Below are positions 25,101-40,300 of a DNA stretch of 64,000 nt, piece by piece. Below the pieces are notes generated by a model, which saw nothing but the letters and a program-made list of their open reading frames with translations, was not told the DNA's origin and searched no databases. Positions within the stretch are counted from its first letter, which is position 1. Every line of letters starts with the position of its first letter. The stretch is taken from assembly GCA_964057225.1 (NCBI GenBank), contig OZ059895.1:20336001-20400000 (forward strand). The letters are read 5' to 3'. This DNA is from Auanema rhodensis (Eukaryota; Animalia; Nematoda). The position numbers were made by a program, and so were the translations under genes.

Positions 25101-28100
25101 ATGCACCGAGATATCAACTGATATAAGTTCACACTTATATCCTCGATTTTCACCCTGAAGAATTAATTTTTTCGTTGAATAACATTGTCCATCGTCTTTG
25201 CCTTGAAAAAAGGAATCTAAAAACATCTACTTTTTGCTAAATTATTTTGAAATTTTTCGAAAAAATTTTTGTCAAAATGTTTTTGGAAGCAATGTTGAGT
25301 GTACATGGAAACTCAACATACACTAATGCATCATTTTTCAAACGATCATAACTAATTTTTGTATTGAGCGTTTCTCATTGTAGTATAGTGCATTCGATGC
25401 GGATTTTTGAGCTGCGTCGATCTGTGTTATCAGATTTGCGCTAGCTTAAAAATGCACCGAGATATCAACTGATATAAGTTCACACTTATATCCTCGATTT
25501 TCACCCTGAAGAATTAATTTTTTCGTTGAATAACATTGTCCATCGTCTTTGCCTTGAAAAAAGGAATCTAAAAACATCTACTTTTTGCTAAATTATTTTG
25601 AAATTTTTCGAAAAAATTTTTGTCAAAATGTTTTTGGAAGCAATGTTGAGTGTACATGGAAACTCAACATACACTAATGCATCATTTTTCAAACGATCAT
25701 AACTAATTTTTGTATTGAGCGTTTCTCATTGTAGTATAGTGCATTCGATGCGGATTTTTGAGCTGCGTCGATCTGTGTTATCAGATTTGCGCTAGCTTAA
25801 AAATGCACCGAGATATCAACTGATATAAGTTCACACTTATATCCTCGATTTTCACCCTGAAGAATTAATTTTTTCGTTGAATAACAATGTCCATCGTCTT
25901 TGCCTTGAAAAAAGGAATCTAAAAACATCTACTTTTTGCTAAATTATTTTGAAATTTTTCGAAAAAATTTTTGTCAAAATGTTTTTGGAAGCAATGTTGA
26001 GTGTACATGGAAACTCAACATACACTAACGCATCATTTTTCAAACGATCATAACTAATTTTTGTATTAAGCGTCTCTCAATGTAGTATAGTGCATTCGAT
26101 GCGGATTTTTAAGCTGCGTCGATCTGTGTTATCAGATTTGCGCTAGCTTAAAAATGCACCGAGATATCAACTGATATAAGTTCACACTTATATCCTCGAT
26201 TTTCACCCTGAAGAATTAATTTTTTCGTTGAATAACATTGTCCATCGTCTTTGCCTTGAAAAAAGGAATCTAAAAACATCTACTTTTTGCTAAATTATTT
26301 TGAAATTTTTCGAAAAAATTTTTGTCAAAATGTTTTTGGAAGCAATGTTGAGTGTACATGGAAACTCAACATACACTAATGCATCATTTTTCAAACGATC
26401 ATAACTAATTTTTGTATTAAGCGTTTCTCAATGTAGTATAGTGCATTCGATGCGGATTTTTAAGCTGCGTCGATCTGTGTTATCAGATTTGCGCTAGCTT
26501 AAAAATGCACCGAGATAACAACTGATATAAGTTCACACTTATATCCTCGATTTTCACCCTGAAAAATTAATTTTTTCGTTGAATAACATTGTCCATCGTC
26601 TTTGCCTTGAAAAAAGGAATCTAAAAACATCTACTTTTTGCTAAATTATTTTGAAATTTTTCGAAAAAATTTTTGTCAAAATGTTTTTGGAAGCAATGTT
26701 GAGTGTACATGGAAACTCAACATACACTAATGCATCATTTTTCAAACGATCATAACTAATTTTTGTATTAAGCGTTTCTCAATGTAGTATAGTGCATTCG
26801 ATGCGGATTTTTAAGCTGCGTCGATCTGTGTTATCAGATTTGCGCTAGCTTAAAAATGCACCGAGATATCAACTGATATAAGTTCACACTTATATCCTCG
26901 ATTTTCACCCTGAAGAATTAATTTTTTCGTTGAATAACATTGTCCATCGTCTTTGCCTTGAAAAAAGGAATCTAAAAACATCTACTTTTTGCTAAATTAT
27001 TTTGAAATTTTTCGAAAAAATTTTTGTCAAAATGTTTTTGGAAGCAATGTTGAGTGTACATGGAAACTCAACATACACTAATGCATCATTTTTCAAACGA
27101 TCATAACTAATTTTTGTATTGAGCGTTTCTCATTGTAGTATAGTGCATTCGATGCGGATTTTTGAGCTGCGTCGATCTGTGTTATCAGATTTGCGCTAGC
27201 TTAAAAATGCACCGAGATATCAACTGATATAAGTTCACACTTATATCCTCGATTTTCACCCTGAAGAATTAATTTTTTCGTTGAATAACATTGTCCATCG
27301 TCTTTGCCTTGAAAAAAGGAATCTAAAAACATCTACTTTTTGCTAAATTATTTTGAAATTTTTCGAAAAAATTTTTGTCAAAATGTTTTTGGAAGCAATG
27401 TTGAGTGTACATGGAAACTCAACATACACTAATGCATCATTTTTCAAACGATCATAACTAATTTTTGTATTGAGCGTTTCTCATTGTAGTATAGTGCATT
27501 CGATGCGGATTTTTGAGCTGCGTCGATCTGTGTTATCAGATTTGCGCTAGCTTAAAAATGCACCGAGATATCAACTGATATAAGTTCACACTTATATCCT
27601 CGATTTTCACCCTGAAGAATTAATTTTTTCGTTGAATAACAATGTCCATCGTCTTTGCCTTGAAAAAAGGAATCTAAAAACATCTACTTTTTGCTAAATT
27701 ATTTTGAAATTTTTCGAAAAAATTTTTGTCAAAATGTTTTTGGAAGCAATGTTGAGTGTACATGGAAACTCAACATACACTAACGCATCATTTTTCAAAC
27801 GATCATAACTAATTTTTGTATTAAGCGTTTCTCAATGTAGTATAGTGCATTCGATGCGGATTTTTAAGCTGCGTCGATCTGTGTTATCAGATTTGCGCTA
27901 GCTTAAAAATGCACCGAGATATCAACTGATATAAGTTCACACTTATATCCTCGATTTTCACCCTGAAGAATTAATTTTTTCGTTGAATAACATTGTCCAT
28001 CGTCTTTGCCTTAAAAAAAAAAATCTGAAAACATCTACTTTTTGCTAAATTATTTTGAAATTTTTCGAAAAAATTTTTGTCAAAATGTTTTTGGAAGCAA

Positions 28101-30874
28101 TGTTGAGTGTACATGGAAACTCAACATACACTAATGCATCATTTTTCAAACGATCATAACTAATTTTTGTATTAAGCGTTTCTCAATGTAGTATAGTGCA
28201 TTCGATGCGGATTTTTAAGCTGCGTCGATCTGTGTTATCAGATTTGCGCTAGCTTAAAAATGCACCGAGATAACAACTGATATAAGTTCACACTTATATC
28301 CTCGATTTTCACCCTGAAGAATTAATTTTTTCGTTGAATAACAATGTCCATCGTCTTTGCCTTGAAAAAAGGAATCTAAAAACATCTACTTTTTGCTAAA
28401 TTATTTTGAAATTTTTCGAAAAAATTTTTGTCAAAATGTTTTTGGAAGCAATGTTGAGTGTACATGGAAACTCCACATACACTAACGCATCATTTTTCAA
28501 ACGATCATAACTAATTTTTGTATTAAGCGTTTCTCAATGTAGTATAGTGCATTCGATGCGGATTTTTAAGCTGCGTCGATCTGTGTTATCAGATTTGCGC
28601 TAGCTTAAAAATGCACCGAGATATCAACTGATATATGTTCACACTTATATCCTCGATTTTCACCCTGAAGAAATTATTTTTTCGTTGAATAACATTGTCC
28701 ATCGTCTTTGCCTTGAAAAAAAAAATCTGAAAACATCTACTTTTTGCTAAATTATTTTGAAATTTTTCGAAAAAATTTTTGTCAAAATGTTTTTGGAAGC
28801 AATGTTGAGTGTACATGGAAACTCAACATACACTAATGCATCATTTTTCAAACGATCATAACTAATTTTTGTATTGAGCGTTTCTCATTGTAGTATAGTG
28901 CATTCGATGCGGATTTTTGAGCTGCGTCGATCTGTGTTATCAGATTTGCGCTAGCTTAAAAATGCACCGAGATATCAACTGATATAAGTTCACACTTATA
29001 TCCTCGATTTTCACCCTGAAGAATTAATTTTTTCGTTGAATAACATTGTCCATCGTCTTTGCCTTGAAAAAAGGAATCTAAAAACATCTACTTTTTGCTA
29101 AATTATTTTGAAATTTTTCGAAAAAATTTTTGTCAAAATGTTTTTGGAAGCAATGTTGAGTGTACATGGAAACTCAACATACACTAATGCATCATTTTTC
29201 AAACGATCATAACTAATTTTTGTATTAAGCGTTTCTCATTGTAGTATAGTGCATTCGATGCGGATTTTTGAGCTGCGTCGATCTGTGTTATCAGATTTGC
29301 GCTAGCTTAAAAATGCACCGAGATATCAACTGATATAAGTTCACACTTATATCCTCGATTTTCACCCTGAAGAATTAATTTTTTCGTTGAATAACAATGT
29401 CCATCGTCTTTGCCTTGAAAAAAGGAATCTAAAAACATCTACTTTTTGCTAAATTATTTTGAAATTTTTCGAAAAAATTTTTGTCAAAATGTTTTTGGAA
29501 GCAATGTTGAGTGTACATGGAAACTCAACATACACTAACGCATCATTTTTCAAACGATCATAACTAATTTTTGTATTAAGCGTTTCTCATTGTAGTATAG
29601 TGCATTCGATGCGGATTTTTGAGCTGCGTCGATCTGTGTTATCAGATTTGCGCTAGCTTAAAAATGCACCGAGATATCAACTGATATAAGTTCACACTTA
29701 TATCCTCGATTTTCACCCTGAAGAATTAATTTTTTCGTTGAATAACATTGTCCATCGTCTTTGCCTTAAAAAAAAAAATCTGAAAACATCTACTTTTTGC
29801 TAAATTATTTTGAAATTTTTCGAAAAAATTTTTGTCAAAATGTTTTTGGAAGCAATGTTGAGTGTACATGGAAACTCAACATACACTAATGCATCATTTT
29901 TCAAACGATCATAACTAATTTTTGTATTAAGCGTTTCTCAATGTAGTATAGTGCATTCGATGCGGATTTTTAAGCTGCGTCGATCTGTGTTATCAGATTT
30001 GCGCTAGCTTAAAAATGCACCGAGATAACAACTGATATAAGTTCACACTTATATCCTCGATTTTCACCCTGAAGAATTAATTTTTTCGTTGAATAACAAT
30101 GTCCATCGTCTTTGCCTTGAAAAAAGGAATCTAAAAACATCTACTTTTTGCTAAATTATTTTGAAATTTTTCGAAAAAATTTTTGTCAAAATGTTTTTGG
30201 AAGCAATGTTGAGTGTACATGGAAACTCCACATACACTAACGCATCATTTTTCAAACGATCATAACTAATTTTTGTATTAAGCGTTTCTCAATGTAGTAT
30301 AGTGCATTCGATGCGGATTTTTAAGCTGCGTCGATCTGTGTTATCAGATTTGCGCTAGCTTAAAAATGCACCGAGATATCAACTGATATAAGTTCACACT
30401 TACATCCTCGATTTTCACCCTGAAGAATTAATTTTTTCGTTGAATAATATTGTCCATCGTCTTTGCCTTGAAAGAAAGAATCTGAAAACATCTACTTTTT
30501 GCTAAATTATTTTGAAATTTTTCGAAAAAATTTTTGTCAAAATGTTTTTGGAAGCAATGTTGAGTGTACATGGAAACTCAACATACACTAATGCATCATT
30601 TTTCAAACGATCATAACTAATTTTTGTATTGAGCGTTTCTCAATGTAGTATAGTGCATTCGATGCGGATTTTTAAGCTGCGTCGATCTGTGTTATCAGAT
30701 TTGCGCTAGCTTAAAAATGCACCGAGATATCAACTGATATAAGTTCACACATATCCTCGATTTTCACCCTGAAGAATTAATTTTTTCGTTGAATAACATT
30801 GTCCATCGTCTTTGCCTTGAAAAAAGGAATCTAAAAACATCTACTTTTTGCTAAATTATTTTGAAATTTTTCGA

Positions 30875-33800
30875 AAAAATTTTTGTCAAAATGTTTTTGG
30901 AAGCAATGTTGAGTGTACATGGAAACTCAACATACACTAATGCATCATTTTTCAAACGATCATAACTAATTTTTGTATTGAGCGTTTCTCATTGTAGTAT
31001 AGTGCATTCGATGCGGATTTTTAAGCTGCGTCGATCTGTGTTATCAGATTTGCGCTAGCTTAAAAATGCACCGAGATATCAACTGATATAAGTTCACACT
31101 TATATCCTCGATTTTCACCCTGAAGAATTAATTTTTTCGTTGAATAACATTGTCCATCGTCTTTGCCTTGAAAAAAGAAATCTAAAAACATCTACTTTTT
31201 GCTAAATTATTTTGAAATTTTTCGAAAAAATTTTTGTCAAAATGTTTTTGGAAGCAATGTTGAGTGTACATGGAAACTCAACATACACTAATGCATCATT
31301 TTTCAAACGATCATAACTAATTTTTGTATTGAGCGTTTCTCATTGTAGTTTAGTGCATTCGATGCGGATTTTTAAGCTGCGTCGATCTGTGTTTTCAGAT
31401 TTGCGCTAGCTTAAAAATGCACCGAGATATCAACTGATATAAGTTCACACTTATATCCTCGATTTTCACCCTGAAGAATTAATTTTTTCGTTGAATAACA
31501 TTGTCCATCGTCTTTGCCTTGGAAAAAGGAATCTAAAAACATCTACTTTTTGCTAAATTATTTTGAAATTTTTCGAAAAAATTTTTGTCAAAATGTTTTT
31601 GGAAGCAATGTTGAGTGTACATGGAAACTCAACATACACTAATGCATCATTTTTCAAACGATCATAACTAATTTTTGTATTGAGCGTTTCTCATTGTAGT
31701 ATAGTGCATTCGATGCGGATTTTTAAGCTGCGTCGATCTGTGTTATCAGATTTGCGCTAGCTTAAAAATGCACCGAGATATCAACTGATATAAGTTCACA
31801 CATATCCTCGATTTTCACCCTGAAGAATTAATTTTTTCGTTGAATAACATTGTCCATCGTCTTTGCCTTGAAAAAAGAAATCTAAAAACATCTACTTTTT
31901 GCTAAATTATTTTGAAATTTTTCGAAAAAATTTTTGTCAAAATGTTTTTGGAAGCAATGTTGAGTGTACATGGAAACTCAACATACACTAATGCATCATT
32001 TTTCAAACAATCATAACTAATTTTTGTATTGAGCGTTTCTCATTGTAGTATAGTGCATTCGATGCGGATTTTTAAGCTGCGTCGATCTGTGTTATCAGAT
32101 TTGCGCTAGCTTAAAAATGCACCGAGATATCAACTGATATAAGTTCACACTTATATCCTCGATTTTCACCCTGAAGAATTAATTTTTTCGTTGAATAACA
32201 TTGTCCATCGTCTTTGCCTTGGAAAAAGGAATCTAAAAACATCTACTTTTTGCTAAATTATTTTGAAATTTTTCGAAAAAATTTTTGTCAAAATGTTTTT
32301 GGAAGCAATGTTGAGTGTACATGGAAACTCAACATACACTAATGCATCATTTTTCAAACGATCATAACTAATTTTTGTATTGAGCGTTTCTCATTGTAGT
32401 ATAGTGCATTCGATGCGGATTTTTAAGCTGCGTCGATCTGTGTTATCAGATTTGCGCTAGCTTAAAAATGCACCGAGATATCAACTGATATAAGTTCACA
32501 CTTATATCCTCGATTTTCACCCTGAAGAATTAATTTTTTCGTTGAATAACATTGTCCATCGTCTTTGCCTTGAAAAAAGAAATCTAAAAACATCTACTTT
32601 TTGCTAAATTATTTTGAAATTTTTCGAAAAAATTTTTGTCAAAATGTTTTTGGAAGCAATGTTGAGTGTACATGGAAACTCAACATACACTAATGCATCA
32701 TTTTTCAAACGATCATAACTAATTTTTGTATTGAGCGTTTCTCATTGTAGTATAGTGCATTCGATGCGGATTTTTAAGCTGCGTCGATCTGTGTTATCAG
32801 ATTTGCGCTAGCTTAAAAATGCACCGAGATATCAACTGATATAAGTTCACACTTATATCCTCGATTTTCACCCTGAAGAATTAATTTTTTCGTTGAATAA
32901 CATTGTCCATCGTCTTTGCCTTGGAAAAAGGAATCTAAAAACATCTACTTTTTGCTAAATTATTTTGAAATTTTTCGAAAAAATTTTTGTCAAAATGTTT
33001 TTGGAAGCAATGTTGAGTGTACATGGAAACTCAACATACACTAATGCATCATTTTTCAAACGATCATAACTAATTTTTGTATTGAGCGTTTCTCATTGTA
33101 GTATAGTGCATTCGATGCGGATTTTTAAGCTGCGTCGATCTGTGTTATCAGATTTGCGCTAGCTTAAAAATGCACCGAGATATCAACTGATATAAGTTCA
33201 CACTTATATCCTCGATTTTCACCCTGAAGAATTAATTTTTTCGTTGAATAACATTGTCCATCTTCTTTGCCTTGAAAAAAGAAATCTAAAAACATCTACT
33301 TTTTGCTAAATTATTTTGAAATTTTTCGAAAAAATTTTTGTCAAAATGTTTTTGGAAGCAATGTTGAGTGTACATGGAAACTCAACATACACTAATGCAT
33401 CATTTTTCAAACGATCATAACTAATTTTTGTATTGAGCGTTTCTCATTGTAGTATAGTGCATTCGATGCGGATTTTTAAGCTGCGTCGATCTGTGTTATC
33501 AGATTTGCGCTAGCTTAAAAATGCACCGAGATATCAACTGATATAAGTTCACACTTATATCCTCGATTTTCACCCTGAAGAATTAATTTTTTCGTTGAAT
33601 AACATTGTCCATCGTCTTTGCCTTGGAAAAAGGAATCTAAAAACATCTACTTTTTGCTAAATTATTTTGAAATTTTTCGAAAAAATTTTTGTCAAAATGT
33701 TTTTGGAAGCAATGTTGAGTGTACATGGAAACTCAACATACACTAATGCATCATTTTTCAAACGATCATAACTAATTTTTGTATTGAGCGTTTCTCATTG

Positions 33801-34031
33801 TAGTATAGTGCATTCGATGCGGATTTTTAAGCTGCGTCGATCTGTGTTATCAGATTTGCGCTAGCTTAAAAATGCACCGAGATATCAACTGATATAAGTT
33901 CACACTTATATCCTCGATTTTCACCCTGAAGAATTAATTTTTTCGTTGAATAACATTGTCCATCGTCTTTGCCTTGAAAAAAGAAATCTAAAAACATCTA
34001 CTTTTTGCTAAATTATTTTGAAATTTTTCGA
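30875..34031. repeat. Dimeric (702-bp) higher-order repeat, about 4.5 units
   Basis: Strict alternation of ccttgaaaaaagaaatc (~31170, 31870, 32570, 33270, 33970) and ccttggaaaaaggaatc (~31520, 32220, 32920, 33620). All monomers carry ttgagcg...cattg. Confidence 0.92.
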
Positions 34032-34382
34032 AAAAATTTTTGTCAAAATGTTTTTGGAAGCAATGTTGAGTGTACATGGAAACTCAACATACACTAATGC
34101 ATCATTTTTCAAACGATCATAACTAATTTTTGTATTGAGCGTTTCTCATTGTAGTATAGTGCATTCGATGCGGATTTTTGAGCTGCGTCGATCTGTGTTA
34201 TCAGATTTGCGCTAGCTTAAAAATGCACCGAGATATCAACTGATATAAGTTCACACCTATATCCTCGATTTTCACCCTGAAGAATTAATTTTTTCGTTGA
34301 ATAACATTGTCCATCGTCTTTGCCTTGAAAAAAGGAATCTAAAAACATCTTCTTTTTGCTAAATTATTTTGAAATTTTTCGA

Positions 34383-37300
34383 AAAAATTTTTGTCAAAAT
34401 GTTTTTGGAAGCAATGTTGAGTGTACATGGAAACTCAACATACACTAATGCATCATTTTTCAAACGATCATAACTAAATTTTGTATTAAGCGTTTCTCAA
34501 TGTAGTATTGTGCAATTGATGCGGATTTTTAAGCTGCGTCGATCTGTGTTATCAGATTTGCGCTAGCTTAAAAATGCACCGAGATATCAACTGATATATG
34601 TTCACACTTATATCCTCGATTTTCACCCTGGAGAAATTATTTTTTCGTTGAATAACATTGTCCATCGTCTTTGCCTTGAAAAAAGGAATCTAAAAACATC
34701 TACTTCTTGCTAAATTATTTTGAAATTTTTCGAAAAAATTTTTGTCAAAATGTTTTTGGAAGCAATGTTGAGTGTACATGGAAACTCAACATACACTAAT
34801 GCATCATTTTTCAAACGATCATAACTAATTTTTGTATTAAGCGTTTCTCAATGTAGTATAGTGCATTCGATGCGGATTTTTAAGCTACATCGATCTGTGT
34901 TATCAGATTTGCGCTAGCTTAAAAATGCACCGAGATATCAACTGATATAAGTTCACACTTATATCCTCGATTTTCACCCTGAAGAATTAATTTTTTCGTT
35001 GAATAACATTGTCCATCGTCTTTGCCTTGAAAAAAAAAATCTGAAAACATCTACTTTTTGCTAAATTATTTTGAAATTTTTCGAAAAAATTTTTGTCAAA
35101 ATGTTTTTGGAAGCAATGTTGAGTGTACATGGAAACTCAACATACACTAATGCATCATTTTTCAAACGATCATAACTAAATTTTGTATTAAGCGTTTCTC
35201 AATGTAGTATTGTGCAATTGATGCGGATTTTTAAGCTGCGTCGATCTGTGTTATCAGATTTGCGCTAGCTTAAAAATGCACCGAGATATCAACTGATATA
35301 TGTTCACACTTATATCCTCGATTTTCACCCTGAAGAAATTATTTTTTCGTTGAATAACATTGTCCATCGTCTTTGCCTTGAAAAAAGGAATCTAAAAACA
35401 TCTACTTCTTGCTAAATTATTTTGAAATTTTTCGAAAAAATTTTTGTCAAAATGTTTTTGGAAGCAATGTTGAGTGTACATGGAAACTCAACATACACTA
35501 ATGCATCATTTTTCAAACGATCATAACTAATTTTTGTATTAAGCGTTTCTCAATGTAGTATAGTGCATTCGATGCGGATTTTTAAGCTACATCGATCTGT
35601 GTTATCAGATTTGCGCTAGCTTAAAAATGCACCGAGATATCAACTGATATAAGTTCACACTTATATCCTCGATTTTCACCCTGAAGAACTAATTTTTTCG
35701 TTGAATAACATTGTCCATCGTCTTTGCCTTGAAAAAAAAAATCTGAAAACATCTACTTTTTGCTAAATTATTTTGAAATTTTTCGAAAAAATTTTTGTCA
35801 AAATGTTTTTGGAAGCAATGTTGAGTGTACATGGAAACTCAACATACACTAATGCATCATTTTTCAAACGATCATAACTAATTTTTGTATTAAGCGTTTC
35901 TCAATGTAGTATAGTGCATTCGATGCGGATTTTTAAGCTGCGTCGATCTGTGTTATCAGATTTGCGCTAGCTTAAAAATGCACCGAGATATCAACTGATA
36001 TAAGTTCACACTTATATCCTCGATTTTCACCCTGAAGAATTAATTTTTTCGTTGAATAACAATGTCCATCGTCTTTGCCTTGAAAAAAGAAATCTAAAAA
36101 CATCTACTTTTTGCTAAATTATTTTGAAATTTTTCGAAAAAATTTTTGTCAAAATGTTTTTGGAAGCAATGTTGAGTGTACATGGAAACTCAACATACAC
36201 TAATGCATCATTTTTCAAACGATCATAACTAATTTTTGTATTGAGCGTTTCTCATTGTAGTATAGTGCATTCGATGCGGATTTTTGAGCTGCGTCGATCT
36301 GTGTTATCAGATTTGCGCCAGCTTAAAAATGCACCGAGATATCAACTGATATAAGTTCACACTTATATCCTCGATTTTCACCCTGAAGAATTAATTTTTT
36401 CGTTGAATAACATTGTCCATCGTCTTTGCCTTAAAAAAAAAAATCTGAAAACATCTACTTTTTGCTAAATTATTTTGAAATTTTTCGAAAAAATTTTTGT
36501 CAAAATGTTTTTGGAAGCAATGTTGAGTGTACATGGAAACTCAACATACACTAATGCATCATTTTTCAAACGATCATAACTAATTTTTGTATTAAGCGTT
36601 TCTCAATGTAGTATAGTGCATTCGATGCGGATTTTTAAGCTGCGTCGATCTGTGTTATCAGATTTGCGCTAGCTTAAAAATGCACCGAGATATCAACTGA
36701 TATAAGTTCACACTTATATCCTCGATTTTCACCCTGAAGAATTAATTTTTTCGTTGAATAACATTGTCCATCGTCTTTGCCTTGAAAAAAGGAATCTAAA
36801 AACATCTACTTTTTGCTAAATTATTCTGAAATTTTTCGAAAAAATTTTTGTCAAAATGTTTTTGGAAGCAATGTTGAGTGTACATGGAAACTCAACATAC
36901 ACTAATGCATCATTTTTCAAACGATCATAACTAATTTTTGTATTAAGCGTTTCTCAATGTAGTATAGTGCATTCGATGCGGATTTTTAAGCTGCGTCGAT
37001 CTGTGTTATCAGATTTGCGCTAGCTTAAAAATGCACCGAGATATCAACTGATATATGTTCACACTTATATCCTCGATTTTCACCCTGAAGAAATTATTTT
37101 TTCGTTGAATAACATTGTCCATCGTCTTTGCCTTGAAAAAAGGAATCTAAAAACATCTACTTCTTGCTAAATTATTTTGAAATTTTTCGAAAAAATTTTT
37201 GTCAAAATGTTTTTGGAAGCAATGTTGAGTGTACATGGAAACTCAACATACACTAATGCATCATTTTTCAAACGATCATAACTAATTTTTGTATTGAGCG

Positions 37301-40300
37301 TTTCTCATTGTAGTATAGTGCATTCGATGCGGATTTTTAAGCTGCGTCGATCTGTGTTATCAGATTTGCGCTAGCTTAAAAATGCACCGAGATATCAACT
37401 GATATAAGTTCACACTTATATCCTCGATTTTCACCCTGAAGAATTAATTTTTTCGTTGAATAACATTGTCCATCGTCTTTGCCTTGAAAAAAAAAATCTG
37501 AAAACATCTACTTTTTGCTAAATTATTTTGAAATTTTTCGAAAAAATTTTTGTCAAAATGTTTTTGGAAGCAATGTTGAGTGTACATGGAAACTCAACAT
37601 ACACTAATGCATCATTTTTCAAACGATCATAACTAAATTTTGTATTAAGCGTTTCTCAATGTAGTATTGTGCAATTGATGCGGATTTTTAAGCTGCGTCG
37701 ATCTGTGTTATCAGATTTGCGCTAGCTTAAAAATGCACCGAGATATCAACTGATATATGTTCACACTTATATCCTCGATTTTCACCCTGAAGAAATTATT
37801 TTTTCGTTGAATAACATTGTCCATCGTCTTTGCCTTGAAAAAAGGAATCTAAAAACATCTACTTCTTGCTAAATTATTTTGAAATTTTTCGAAAAAATTT
37901 TTGTCAAAATGTTTTTGGAAGCAATGTTGAGTGTACATGGAAACTCAACATACACTAATGCATCATTTTTCAAACGATCATAACTAATTTTTGTATTAAG
38001 CGTTTCTCAATGTAGTATAGTGCATTCGATGCGGATTTTTAAGCTACATCGATCTGTGTTATCAGATTTGCGCTAGCTTAAAAATGCACCGAGATATCAA
38101 CTGATATAAGTTCACACTTATATCCTCGATTTTCACCCTGAAGAACTAATTTTTTCGTTGAATAACATTGTCCATCGTCTTTGCCTTGAAAAAAAAAAAT
38201 CTGAAAACATCTACTTTTTGCTAAATTATTTTGAAATTTTTCGAAAAAATTTTTGTCAAAATGTTTTTGGAAGCAATGTTGAGTGTACATGGAAACTCAA
38301 CATACACTAATGCATCATTTTTCAAACGATCATAACTAATTTTTGTATTAAGCGTTTCTCAATGTAGTATAGTGCATTCGATGCGGATTTTTAAGCTGCG
38401 TCGATCTGTGTTATCAGATTTGCGCTAGCTTAAAAATGCACCGAGATATCAACTGATATAAGTTCACACTTATATCCTCGATTTTCACCCTGAAGAATTA
38501 ATTTTTTCGTTGAATAACAATGTCCATCGTCTTTGCCTTGAAAAAAGAAATCTAAAAACATCTACTTTTTGCTAAATTATTTTGAAATTTTTCGAAAAAA
38601 TTTTTGTCAAAATGTTTTTGGAAGCAATGTTGAGTGTACATGGAAACTCAACATACACTAATGCATCATTTTTCAAACGATCATAACTAATTTTTGTATT
38701 GAGCGTTTCTCATTGTAGTATAGTGCATTCGATGCGGATTTTTGAGCTGCGTCGATCTGTGTTATCAGATTTGCGCCAGCTTAAAAATGCACCGAGATAT
38801 CAACTGATATAAGTTCACACTTATATCCTCGATTTTCACCCTGAAGAATTAATTTTTTCGTTGAATAACATTGTCCATCGTCTTTGCCTTAAAAAAAAAA
38901 ATCTGAAAACATCTACTTTTTGCTAAATTATTTTGAAATTTTTCGAAAAAATTTTTGTCAAAATGTTTTTGGAAGCAATGTTGAGTGTACATGGAAACTC
39001 AACATACACTAATGCATCATTTTTCAAACGATCATAACTAATTTTTGTATTAAGCGTTTCTCAATGTAGTATAGTGCATTCGATGCGGATTTTTAAGCTA
39101 CATCGATCTGTGTTATCAGATTTGCGCTAGCTTAAAAATGCACCGAGATATCAACTGATATAAGTTCACACTTATATCCTCGATTTTCACCCTGAAGAAT
39201 TAATTTTTTCGTTGAATAACATTGTCCATCGTCTTTGCCTTGAAAAAAAAAATCTGAAAACATCTACTTTTTGCTAAATTATTTTGAAATTTTTCGAAAA
39301 AATTTTTGTCAAAATGTTTTTGGAAGCAATGTTGAGTGTACATGGAAACTCAACATACACTAATGCATCATTTTTCAAACGATCATAACTAATTTTTGTA
39401 TTAAGCGTTTCTCAATGTAGTATAGTGCATTCGATGCGGATTTTTAAGCTGCGTCGATCTGTGTTATCAGATTTGCGCTAGCTTAAAAATGCACCGAGAT
39501 ATCAACTGATATATGTTCACACTTATATCCTCGATTTTCACCCTGAAGAATTAATTTTTTCGTTGAATAACATTGTCCATCGTCTTTGCCTTGAAAAAAA
39601 AAATCTGAAAACATCTACTTTTTGCTAAATTATTTTGAAATTTTTCGAAAAAATTTTTGTCAAAATGTTTTTGGAAGCAATGTTGAGTGTACATGGAAAC
39701 TCAACATACACTAATGCATCATTTTTCAAACGATCATAACTAATTTTTGTATTAAGCGTTTCTCAATGTAGTATAGTGCATTCGATGCGGATTTTTAAGC
39801 TGCGTCGATCTGTGTTATCAGATTTGCGCTAGCTTAAAAATGCACCGAGATATCAACTGATATATGTTCACACTTATATCCTCGATTTTCACCCTGAAGA
39901 AATTATTTTTTCGTTGAATAACATTGTCCATCGTCTTTGCCTTGAAAAAAGGAATCTAAAAACATCTACTTCTTGCTAAATTATTTTGAAATTTTTCGAA
40001 AAAATTTTTGTCAAAATGTTTTTGGAAGCAATGTTGAGTGTACATGGAAACTCAACATACACTAATGCATCATTTTTCAAACGATCATAACTAATTTTTG
40101 TATTAAGCGTTTCTCAATGTAGTATAGTGCATTCGATGCGGATTTTTAAGCTACATCGATCTGTGTTATCAGATTTGCGCTAGCTTAAAAATGCACCGAG
40201 ATATCAACTGATATAAGTTCACACTTATATCCTCGATTTTCACCCTGAAGAATTAATTTTTTCGTTGAATAACATTGTCCATCGTCTTTGCCTTGAAAAA

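Noticed and set aside
15953-28816. Five identical 75-aa minus-strand ORFs (MYTQHCFQKHF...)
   Set aside because: They arise only where three satellite variants (tatatg, gaaatt, polyA-tctg) coincide and remove stop codons. They are F/K/N-rich from A/T tracts, show no recognisable domain, and are broken in the other ~177 monomers.
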